Positions 53,726-64,000 of a stretch of DNA of 64,000 nucleotides are shown one piece after another. The position numbers and the translations under genes are program-made. Origin of the DNA: Botryllus schlosseri (lineage: Eukaryota); assembly GCA_051294905.1 (NCBI GenBank), contig CM119386.1:11160001-11224000 (forward strand). The letters are read 5' to 3'. The notes under the pieces are model-generated. The model ran no database searches. It saw nothing but the letters and a program-made list of their open reading frames with translations, and was not told the DNA's origin. Position 1 is the first letter of the stretch; each line of letters opens with the position of its first letter.

Positions 53726-56700
53726 TTAATAATACGTATCTTCAGCACCTTCATCCTCGTCTGAAGATATGGTGTCACTTAGTTTTCTTTTTTTAACAAC
53801 CTCCTGTAAAGATAAGACAGAAACACCGATTAGCTAAGGCATTCATTCAGACTCCAGGGCAGACTGTGAAGCATTTGCTACAGGGCTAATGACATATCAA
53901 AAGCTGTTTGCTATGATCAACATCAATACTGTGCAATAGCCAAATGGATTATGTCACAAAAATGCGTGTTGGATGACGTTTTCTAAATGATCATGGTTCT
54001 TTGCACATAATGATCGACTACTCTTCTACTCTACTGTGCGTCTGTACTTATGATGAAGTTACTATTATAAATTTTCATTGTGATGTGGTGAACATATCAA
54101 AATTTTCCAAAGGTAAATTCAGACCAGGGGATCGAAAACTACGGCCGGGGGGCTCAAGAAACGTAATAAAAATATTGATAGAATGCTTACTAAAAATCTA
54201 AAAACTGCACTAGGCAAGTTATTTGTCTTATCATACTTCACCACGATAATTTTATATGATATTCTTACTCTGGTTATATTTTTATTTAAATGCTGACGCA
54301 TTTTAATAGGTTTCAACTGCTAAACACACAGTAAGTCTAAACGAGAATGACTTTCGGATTTTACATTGGCTACTCCAGCAAGTGGCCACTCCAGCAAGTT
54401 TATTACTTTTAGTGATGCAGTTGGAAAACCCGATTCGCATGTGTGCTAGGTCCTGCAATAGCCTAGGACAGTGGTTCTTGACCGGGGGTTCACGGACCCC
54501 TGGGGGTCTATGAAGCATTTTCATGGGGTCCGCGAAAAATAATGTTTGATGAACATAATTTGTATTTTTAAAATTAGAGAAATCACGAGCAGTTTCGCTT
54601 CATAAACACAATGGCCATCTAAGATGAAATATTTTACTGTGCAAACCCATTTTAATTGCCAAATTGCCAATACCGTAAACATATTGCTGTTTCGAGATGT
54701 TTTGTAGGGGTTTTAGAAAAATCTGTTTGCAAAAATCCATTTTCATGTGATATACATAACCGCTATTCCAGAATAACTTCCAAGATGAGCTGCTCGACTT
54801 TAGGCTGGACGTTGTATGTTTCGTTTTTTTTTAAATTTTGGTGCCATATATATTGCGACTTGAGGTCATGGATTTTCGGTACTCGCTCATATCAAATCCA
54901 CCACGCGGAATTTTGAGACTCGACCGCGTATTTCAAGAAATGCGGCTACAGAATTCGCTGTAAATTTATAAAAGTTTTCACAATTACTGCATAAATAGTA
55001 TCGTGGTAAATTTAAGTAAAGTCATTTTATCGCTGTTCATTAGTACCCTGCAGCTAAAATTTCAATAAGGCAGATGACGGGTGTACGATAATTGATTTGT
55101 ACTAAAACTTGGGGAGTCCGTGGAGGTCCGTGACGGTGCATAAGGGGTTCGCCAAGACAAAAGGTTGATAACCATTGGCCTATGATTTCAGTGAACATAC
55201 GAAAAAATCCTACCTTCCATCGGCATCCCCCTTTCTGACTTGGGAAGTGCCGCAGTGCTTCCCCGATAACATGAATATAATCTTTTTCGTTCGTCCCAAC
55301 ATGAATCTTCTTGCAAGCTCCTAAAACGATTTTTAGAAGCGTTGACATCAAGAATAATAAATAAATATTCCGTAACGTTAATGATAAACGTCTATTGAAA
55401 CCCTAAGAACTTTTCGCAATCCACTTATCCAAAAGCTACCGGCACGATAAAGGAAACACAACAGAGTTGAAGTCAATACCAAATGGAGAATAATCACACG
55501 ATCATAGCGAATTTATAAATAACATCGATGGAGCAGGTACGTAGCAATAAAGCAGCGTATAGCAACGCTTGCGTAACTGTATCTCACGCTCGCATTACTG
55601 TTATACGCTGAATTGTTGCTATGTTCTGGCTCAATTGATGGTATTTCTAAATTTGACATTATTGTGTCATAATTCTTTATTTGGTTTTGAATTCAACTCT
55701 GTTTTGTTTCCTTCATCGTGCTGGTAGCTTTTGGATAAGTGGATTTTAATAGACGTTTATCATTAATGTACTTTTAAAAGCAGTATTCAAATTTGGTACC
55801 GCCAACCAGTTATACTATTTATTTTCAAAGAAAATTCACATTGCATGAAGCCTCAATAGCACATGAGCGGGGTTGACTAGACAATAAAAACACAGTGACA
55901 TTTGCAGCATATCATGAGAGTCTCTTACGGTATATGATCTTGTTCAAATGGAGGTTGATGAAAGGGTCTTTCCCATTCTTTCCGACTCGGCTATAATTGC
56001 TCCAGACACCAGCACTGGCAACTTTCTTCATGATGCTTCTTGCTGACTGACCAAGATTGTCGCCGCCTACGGTACTGAGTGCAAATATCTGTTATGTCAA
56101 TATAGGAAAAAAATTAGCTGACTGTTCATGACCGTCCACGTTCAGAGCAGAGTTGCATCTCGAAGATGCTAAAATACGCCTAAAAACGATCCAAGCATTA
56201 CGATCGACAACTTTGCCTGATGAATTTCTAAAAATAACAGATTCAACATACCGCATCTCTTGCGAAGGCTTTGCTGTCATTCAATTTGTCATCGAACTTC
56301 TTTAAATCCTCCTTTGTGGTGAGTGGCTCTGGGATTATATCTTCTAGGATCAACTCTGATCTCTTTTTATCACTTCTTCCTCTTATGCTCTGCCTAATCT
56401 CCATCATGATAGGCTCCAATCTTTCCAAAGTTGCCTTCATTTCTTGCATGGTGTTTTCTGAAATTTAAAATTCATGTATCAATGGGATCTGTTTGACCAG
56501 CTGAAATCAAATTAGTATCTCAGAATTACATACCGATTCTAGCAGATGCAGTAATGTCTCCGCCAAATGAATACGAGTCGGGCATTTCGGAACCGTGACT
56601 GAATCCGCATTCACTTTCATTACCTGGAGGTTTTGTTGAATTATAGGTCAATAATTAGTGCCATACAAAAAGACTTTATTACACACCAAGCATGTTAACT

Positions 56701-58175
56701 TGACCGGTGTTCTCGGCGGGACAGGCTTTTTCAGTTGTTCTTTGCTTATCTGTAGGAAAATGCATTTCATTCATTTGCCAAAAAATACTTTTATGTCAGA
56801 CTTGTAGGCTACAAACTAATAACTATCGTTTTCGATTGAAAATTGAGTGGTTCTAGTTGCGAGTTTTAAAAATTGAGTAGTTCTAGTTGCGCATTTTGAA
56901 AATTGAAAATCCAGTAGTTTCCACAAGTCCAAGTCTAAGTCTATTAGCGCAGTGGTTCTCAACCTGGGGGCGTGAGAGCATCTGAAGGGGGCGCGAAGAA
57001 GCGGTCAACTAAGGTTTTTCTATATATACCCCGATTTTCATACTGTTGAATTCTCTCATCCTCAGTCTCAGTCATAACCTTCCATGGCATCAAACAATCT
57101 GCTGGGGATGCTAGCATCCCCGTTGGATTTTGTGATATGACGATAAGGGGGGCGCGAAAATTTTCACTATCATAAAGGGGGGAGTGTCTAAAAAATGTTG
57201 AGAACCATTGGTTTAGTGTTAACACACTCACCATCGTGAGCGATCACAGTAGTGTTATGGTCACCAGAAGATGCCTTCGGATTCTTGTTTGATGACTCTT
57301 CAGTGTCTTGAATACTCGGTGAGTGAACGTTTCTCGAGCTTTCCTCACCTATTGCAAGATTCATTTTGTTATTGCCGTTAGAATGTGAATGAATATTTGA
57401 AAAACCAGCAGATAGGAAGTTCACATTGGAAACAAATTTGAAGTTACTAATCAATTATTTCAAAACTGGTTCACAAAAACTAGCAGCAAACAATGTTTGT
57501 GCATACCATAGGATGATTCATCTGATAATTCAGAGAATTTTTTTGGCGGCCGTCTTTCTCTCACGTTTTCAGCCTCTGATGAAGCCGATTCCACGTTACT
57601 AGTGTATTCCGATCTCGATAATCGTTGCTGTGCAACTCGCCAGTCCTCTAAAGATATTTTCCCAGCTTTGAGTCTTGGAATTACAGGAAACATTTCTGTG
57701 ACCAAACCTGCGAAAGATTTCCTAATGCGCTACCCCAGCACTGAAGTTATCAAGCCTCAGAACGGCTTGCCCGGAGCCGAGCTCTCGGTCTTTGGTTGGT
57801 GTCTTGGGGGCTCAGATTATACCATGGCGAGCTCCGATTCCGAGCCTAATAGTGCCAATTTTATCGAGATTAATTTCGTACATGTTGATACACGCATTTC
57901 TAAGCATCTCGATTCGCGTACATTGCCATTGTGTTCTAGCTGTAACGCTGATTTTTCGGACATTTGGGTTGACCCCTACGAATCTCAACATTCGATCGAC
58001 GATGAGCGCGCGCTCGCCTTAATGAAAGATACGGCACGCATACTGAACGGTCGTTTCCAGGTAGGCCTTCCGTGGCGGACGAAAGACGTGAAGCTCCCGT
58101 ACAACAGAGCAGCTGCTGAGAAATCGCTCGAATCCCAGCGAAGCGGGACAAACCTGCAAAATCGGTCGATGCCAT
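53726..58175 (-). CDS. DUF4806-like protein, 347 aa if the BEL-derived insert is spliced out, 9 exons
   Basis: Exons 58175-58154, 57707-57507, 57348-57232, 56749-56687, 56623-56534, 56457-56252, 56088-55929, 55320-55214, 53803-53726 (1044 nt, no internal stop). Motifs AQQRLSRSEYTSNVES..RERRPPKKF, PEPLTTKEDLKKFDDKL, LSTVGGDNLGQSARSIMKK, NYSRVGKNGKDPF, EALRHFPSQKGG. Family assignment is by recalled pattern, not by HMM. Confidence 0.72.
54469..55177. mobile_element. hAT-type MITE, 709 bp, in the last intron of the DUF4806 gene
   Basis: CAGTGGTTCTTGACC ... GGTTGATAACCATTG; TSD GCCTAGGA/GCCTATGA (7/8). Confidence 0.85.
55378..55766. mobile_element. Foldback MITE bounded by TTAA (piggyBac- or Kolobok-like target)
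   Basis: About 120-bp imperfect inverted arms (TTAATGATAAACGTCTATT...AATCCACTTATCCAAAAGCTACC...GAAACA) around a spacer of about 160 bp. Confidence 0.65.
56950..57210. mobile_element. hAT-type MITE, 261 bp, intronic
   Basis: CAGTGGTTCTCAAC ... GTTGAGAACCATTG; flanks match at only 5/8. Confidence 0.75.
57712..58148 (+). mobile_element. BEL/Pao LTR-retrotransposon pol fragment (between protease and RT), 437 bp
   Basis: GLPGAELSVFGWCLGG ... SIDDERALALMKDT..NGRFQVGLPWR..LPYNRAAAEK.LES. Flanked by the 9-bp direct repeat CAAACCTGC (57703-11 and 58149-57). No LTRs. Confidence 0.85.
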
Positions 58176-58267
58176 TCCATGTTAACATTCCATAGTCTGA
58201 GAAACTGAGATCTAATTCTATAGTAGGCCTATAACATTAAATTGGTGCGTCGTGCAAACCAGTTTAG

Positions 58268-58638
58268 CCCAGACTGGAATCGGTGGTTGTTTTCGACAAC
58301 ATGTTGTGCGTGACAGACGTATTTCTCTCGTGATTGGAAAATTTCATCCGCGTGACGGAAACACTTTTCGCTCTTTTTTGATTCGATACTGAATTACTTC
58401 TTAAACGACGCAATGTGCTAAAATAGACCTTGGTATACGTCGGACTAGTTTAACGCCGCATATTCGCTGTTGCGCGAATGCCACTCTTGCTTGCGTTCAT
58501 TGTAAAGCGCAAGCGTCTTATTCTGGATCTGGACACTGGTATCGCTTTGTGACGTCAGCATAATTCATTAATTGGCGTGATCAGATGTAAATGCTCGCGT
58601 GACGTTGCGCGTGCTGTTGCCACCGATTCCACTCTGGG
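58268..58638. mobile_element. 371-bp MITE with CCCAG termini (CMC/EnSpm-like, or a TA-TSD element)
   Basis: 19-bp TIR CCCAGA(C/G)TGGAATCGGTGG. The TSD is ambiguous: AG/TT as 2-bp flanks, or TA if the termini are extended by 1 nt. Confidence 0.6.
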
Positions 58639-58655
58639 TTATAGGCTACTTAATT

Positions 58656-59652
58656 CAGTGTTGGGATCAAGTCACTACCTTCGAGTCACGAGTCATCTCA
58701 AGTCATTGCACATTTTGACTGGAGTCAAGTCAAGTCAATCGATTTTCGAAGGTGACTCGAGTCAAGTCAAGTCACTCGTTTTTTATAGGTGACTCGAGTC
58801 AAGTCAAGTCAAGTCAAGTCGAGTCACGAGTCAAGTCACAATTCAAGTCAAATTGAATCTTCGCGGTATCAGTGACGATTCATACTCATTACATTTTGCT
58901 AGCTGTGTGATAAACAGAATAATTGGCCATTTATCTTGAATAAAATAACGAATGTAAAGGTAAATATGCATGCAAGAAGGCGTTTTATCGCTCACGCACA
59001 CGTAGAACTGCTAATAAAATGTGTGAGTAACTGTATAGTAGGCCTATAGCTACAGCTACTTGCTACAGTCTGTTATTATTAACCAAGAGGGTTGAATACG
59101 AAGCCACCAGAAGTTGAAAAAAATTGATATGATACAATACACTTCCCATCTACACATCCGTGAGACTATAGACGCAGAAATTATATTCGCTCGATTTTTA
59201 AATCATACGAGAGGGTTGGTTAAGGTGATCACTGTAATCAGTGTAAGAACTGGGCCGCCTAAAGAAACACCTGCGATATTTGCTATTGGATTAATCTACT
59301 GCTACTACGACAGCGTAAGCTGTGATCATTTCGGTTGTGGTCAATATATCTGTGATGTAACAATAGAGGATCAGTGAACGTACAATCAGTGAATGTATGG
59401 TTACTCTCAGAAATGACACAGGCGTGTCGCGAACGATACGAATAAACACAAAATACAGTGATTTAATCGACATCGTTTACTTGATGACTTGAAATTGACT
59501 CGTAAATTTTTCTCCGAGTCACGAGTCAATGCACATTTTTGAAGCGCCGAGTCAAGTCAAGTCAAGTCATTTTTTCAAAGTGACTCGAGTCAAGTCAAGT
59601 CATATGAAAAAGTGACTCGAGTCAAGTCATGACTCGAGTCATCCCAACACTG
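58656..59652. mobile_element. hAT-type MITE, 997 bp, with (GA)GTCAA / TGACTCGAGTCA subterminal arrays
   Basis: 12-bp TIR CAGTGTTGGGAT; perfect 8-bp TSD ACTTAATT. Confidence 0.93.
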
Positions 59653-60854
59653 ACTTAATTACTAATACATACTGATCTTATCAATACATCATATACCAGT
59701 GAGCAGCACGCTTATAATTTGGATATGACTTTGAGATATTGAACACATCAATGATCATACTTTTTAAGTCCTTACATACAATATCAACAGCTTCAAAAAA
59801 TTCTTGCAGATTACCGTATCAAAGGATGTCATGAAATGATTCTGCGTCAATTTCAGTTATGACAATGCACTGTTGCACACCTTCATTCACTGCTATAGTT
59901 TGAATTGCCGGCAAAAGCAAGATGAAGCAGGAGCCAGCCCACATATACCCATACAGATTTCAGAGCAAACTGCTATATTAACGCACTGAGATCTCCTAAT
60001 TCTAATATATATACGTTTGGTAAAGCACCAGCCGCCCCAAGCCAGCAAGCTAGTCGTGCCGCTTGAAACTGACGAACTGCTCTCAAACTCTACGTTCTAT
60101 CTGGGAATATTCACTTAACAGTAATAACTAACTCACAAAAGACACCACTCCGAAGACTCTGAATCTGAATATTTATACTTCCTCTTTTTCGCTATCACCA
60201 TCAGTCAGCACGCTACACTATACGCATGACTGGTCTGTCCAACCGAAGGTTCCGGAGCCGGGTGGTTGGACAGCATGTAACAAAACGAAGGGAAAATGAT
60301 GTTTTCTAATGGGTATAACGAAGCTACCGCATGAGATCGAAGAGCAACGGATAGGAATTGATCGCGATTGAATGTACCGCAAAAGTCATCCTTTCTACGC
60401 ATTTTAGTCATACCGGCGAGAGATAAAAAATTGGCATTATTAGGTTAACTACCGGATATAACTAAGCCTAATGCATGAGATGGAATAACACCGAGTATGA
60501 ATTCATTCTGATTAAATGTAACCCAAAGACCATCCTTTCCACGTATTTCAGACATACCCCCGACACTTAGAAAATCAGAACCTAATGGAGATGATCCCGG
60601 ATGATCCTTTTACCGTTTTGTGTTTGCTGGGATTCAATGACGATCTGAGGTTGGAGTCGATCTCGAAATGCGGCGTATGAGCAAGCGTTTTCCGAGTCAA
60701 GCCGTGGGCAGACTCAAGGCCTTACTCATTCCATTTTTTACGGTTGGCCCTGAATATATTGCGGAAATTGCGCTGTGAGCATGTTTGGTGCCTGAATTCA
60801 CAATTTCAACTGTAATATATAGCACCGTTGTAAGAAGGAAATCATGTTCTAGCG

Positions 60855-61764
60855 CAGTGGTTCTCAACCTTTTTCACCTCGCGGACCGGTAAAATTTCAA
60901 AAAATGTCTGGCGGACCGGTGAACTTTCAAAATTGAAATGAAGCCAAAATGCAGAGTATGCAGCCGTGTTTTGCAATTATATGGTGCTAGAGAGTGAAAT
61001 TTAGAGGGTTTTGATCGTATTTAATTATTATTCATGATGGCATCCATGTGATTTTATGGCAGTGAGTCTGCCGAGTCGAGGTAAAATTGCCTTGTCCAGA
61101 TAAACGTGCTACCACCGAGAGACCTTTACAGTCTTTCGCGCCGAACGCCGTGGGCTTAACCGATCACGCCAATTCTAATAATATTCTTATTCTCTTTGAC
61201 AATATCGAGAGAAGAATCGTATCGGAGTCGAACCAAGCACCTTTACGTGCTACATTGCTCATTGCCCACTGCCACCGGTAACAGGTTACTCTGGAAACTA
61301 GGCTACCTGTACGAATACAATGCGTGCCGCAAGAAAACACATTACAGCAGCTATACCGGCCACCCGCAAATGTTAGAAAAAATGTTAGAAAAAGTTTCAA
61401 ATATGCTATGATTTATGTTCATTTGCGAAATAATTTTGAGCCCTATTCAAGCTCGGCCCCTCTCCAATTGGGCGGTTTGGGGTGCCCCCGTTACGGTCCT
61501 GCACAAAATGAATGAATCGAAAACCAATGATCAAACTGTGCTGCTTAGCGATGAGTCGGCTCGTATCTGTTCTGTGTACTTGTCACTTGCTTGTCGTCAA
61601 ATGACACGTCTTGAACTTTAAGTCAAATCGAACATGTTTCCAGCCCTACTGTTACCTCACGAAGTTATGAATCAGTTTAAAATTTGATGTTTCATTTATT
61701 TTATCAATGAACATCTATGCCAGTCCGCCAGGCATATTAGAATTCCGGCGGTTGAGAACCGCTG
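60855..61764 (+). mobile_element. hAT-type composite MITE, copy 1 of an inverted pair
   Basis: CAGTGGTTCTCAAC ... GTTGAGAACCGCTG. Aligns with the reverse complement of 62037-63420, apart from an internal deletion of about 440 bp. Confidence 0.85.
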
Positions 61765-62036
61765 GCGTATTGCATTTGTACGCATCGCCGAGGATTCGGT
61801 TCTTGCTAGGATTGGAGGATCGCTATTGTAGACAACAGCTTGTGTGTGGTTTTTCAGTAACATTCATCCTCCATTCGCTTCTACATATCCTGATTCTACG
61901 TTTTATATTAAGTGAAAAAACAGAGCGTTGTGAGGAATTAATCGATTTTGCGAATCCATCGAAAACCCCTGATGAAAATGTCCGCCGATTTGGGAATAGC
62001 CTACGCAGCCAACGATGAAGCCATACGGCGCTAGAA

Positions 62037-63420
62037 CAGTGGTTCTCAACCGCCGGTCCGCGGACCGGTGCCGGTCCGCGACGACATTCCTGCCGGTCCG
62101 CGAGGTACATTACAATTTGATACTTTAATTTCAAGATGCAATGTTGAAGGCTTGTCCTTTGATAAAATAAATAAAACATCTTGTTTTAAACTGATTGAAA
62201 ACTTCGTGAGGTAACATTGGGGCTGGAAACATGTTCGATTTGACTTAAAGTTCAAGACGTTTCATTTGACGACATGCGAGCGACAAATACAGAACAGATG
62301 CGAGCTCACTCATCGCTAGACAGCGCAGTTTGATCATTGGTTTTCGATTCATTAATTTTGTGCAGGACCGTAACTGGGGCACCCCAAACCGCCCAATTGG
62401 AGAGAGGCCGAGCTTGAATAGGGCCCAAAATTATTTCGCAAATGGTCATAAATCATAGCGTTTTGTTTGAAACTTATTCCAACATTTTTCAATTTCTTTT
62501 CGGGCTTAGCACGATTTAGTGTCCCTAAATGTCTTGCTTATTAGGTGCCCTTCTCCGAGAAATACGCATGATTTATAGGCATTTCGGCGTCAGCCATTAC
62601 CGTACCACGACGTATCCACACAGAATGAAGTTTAGGTTAAGATATGGGACTCCGAAATTTGGGCCAAAAATTCGGCCGCGAGAAAACCGCTTCAGTCGGG
62701 AATGATCGAGAGTTTTCGGTATTGTCGCGATAAGCTACGTAAACTCTCTTCTTACGCCGAGTACAATGGATGTGGTCACAAGTACAGGTGAAAACATTAA
62801 CCCAAGTGTAGGATCTTGGGGTGAAGCCCCCGTAAGTTTGGCTTATCGCCCTGCGGGGGCTCCACGACCAACGTTTATGGGGGTGGGCTGACGAAATGCT
62901 TTTTCGGCCCGGATTTGCGGATGGCTGGTATAGCTGCTGTACTGTGTTTTCTTGCGGCACGCATTGTATTCGTAGTTGCCAGAGTAGCCTGCGTCATGCG
63001 GCAGTGGGCAATCAGCAAGGTAGCACGACAAGGTGCTTGGTTCGACTCCGATTGCCTACGCTTCTTCTCTTGATGTTGTCAAAGATAAGAATATTATTGT
63101 AGTTGGCGTGGCCGTTTAAACCAACGGCCTTCGGCTCGAAAGACTGTAAACGACTCTCGGCGGTAGCACGTTTATCTGGACAAGGCAATTTCACCTCGAC
63201 TCGGCAGACTCACTACCATAGAATCACATGGATACTATCATGAATATAATTAAATACGATCAAAATCCTCTAAATGTCACTCTCTAGCATCCTATAATTG
63301 CAAAAAAACGGTTGCATACTTAACGTTTTGGCTTCATTTCAATTTTGACAGTTCACCGGTCCGCCAGACATGTTTTGAAATTCTACCAGTCCGCGAGGCA
63401 AAAAAGGTTGAGAACCACTG
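62037..63420 (-). mobile_element. hAT-type composite MITE, copy 2, with a nested CAGGACCGTAAC-family insert at 62363-62912
   Basis: Perfect TIR CAGTGGTTCTCAACC. The nested insert is flanked by ATTTG(T/C)G. Confidence 0.85.
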
Positions 63421-64000
63421 TCCTATCATTAGAGGATTTGTCCTCTTTTTTGAAAATTTTGGTTCAATGTATGTGAAAATTGGACAGACTGAGATATAGG
63501 AAATCAGCACTCAATTAAAGGTCAGACGGGTCTTTCGGGAGTTGAGTTTGAAAAACGACCTTTTTTTAGTCAACACCACTAATTTTAAGTAAAAAGTGGG
63601 TAAATTTGAAGTCAAATGAAAGTGAGGACCTCTTTATTTTTAGGCAACTAACTATAAATCGAGTAAATTTACCAATTTTTCTTCGGTATTGCAAGTCTGA
63701 AGGTGTCATCTTTTCAGATTCCCAAAATATGGTAACCCTATTATTTACGCCATGATAGAAGAGCGATTCTATGTATAGCCTACGCACAGAAAGCACTCGA
63801 TGCGTATATCGAATACTGGTCTATGTATTTTTAAAAATGTATACATCATGCTTATTTTGGCAGCCATAACATACTAAAGAATTGAACAGTGAACAATGAA
63901 CATACAACACTTGTTGAAACATATATAAACAAATCACCTCGCAATGATAGATGTCATACTCTTAGCAACAGCATGAAGAGGATTTTAAATTGAGACCAGG

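Noticed and set aside
55929-56280. Apparent frameshift or pseudogenisation in the DUF4806 gene (ORFs 56243-56449 and 56092-56280 in different frames)
   Set aside because: ORF 56092-56280 is mostly intron. The splice 56252>56088 gives a continuous frame through the GGDNLGQSARSIMKK motif.
57602-58195. The 197-aa plus-strand ORF as a gene
   Set aside because: It is a chimera of antisense DUF4806 exon sequence and a BEL pol fragment, with no start context and no LTRs.
58656-59652. GTCAA/GAGTC, CTCCGA and GTGCGAAT arrays as CRISPR-like or satellite systems
   Set aside because: There is no regular repeat-spacer period and no cas genes. The GTCAA and CTCCGA arrays lie just inside TIRs, as expected of hAT subterminal motifs.

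Overview
Eukaryotic (animal) genomic DNA with a compact intron architecture: minimal GT-AG introns are 56-69 nt. DDX39 exon sizes match those I recall for the vertebrate gene, so a compact-genome invertebrate chordate such as an ascidian is my best guess (inference only). Five protein genes were reconstructed by hand with phase-consistent splicing. (1) A 23-exon BAHCC1/TNRC18-like chromatin reader (minus, 4306-33037). (2) A 10-exon DDX39B/UAP56 helicase (minus, 35811-38330). (3) A 2-exon cupin/JmjC-like + aldo-keto-reductase fusion ending in KHEL (minus, 42676-44585). (4) Single-exon TMEM50 (plus, 45256-45732). (5) A 9-exon DUF4806-like gene (minus, 53726-58175). Most of the rest is DNA-transposon material: many hAT-type MITEs with 8-bp TSDs, some nested; a 3.15-kb P-element-like element with perfect 31-bp TIRs; and other foldback MITEs. 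Best leads: a BEL/Pao pol fragment flanked by an AG|GT-containing 9-bp duplication that can be spliced out exactly to restore the DUF4806 ORF (candidate newborn intron); a putative ER-retained double pseudo-enzyme (cupin-AKR-KHEL); a P-like element apparently carrying host cargo; and a 298-bp CRE-containing cassette upstream of two unrelated genes. No rRNA, tRNA or CRISPR array was seen. All alignments and coordinates were done by eye.
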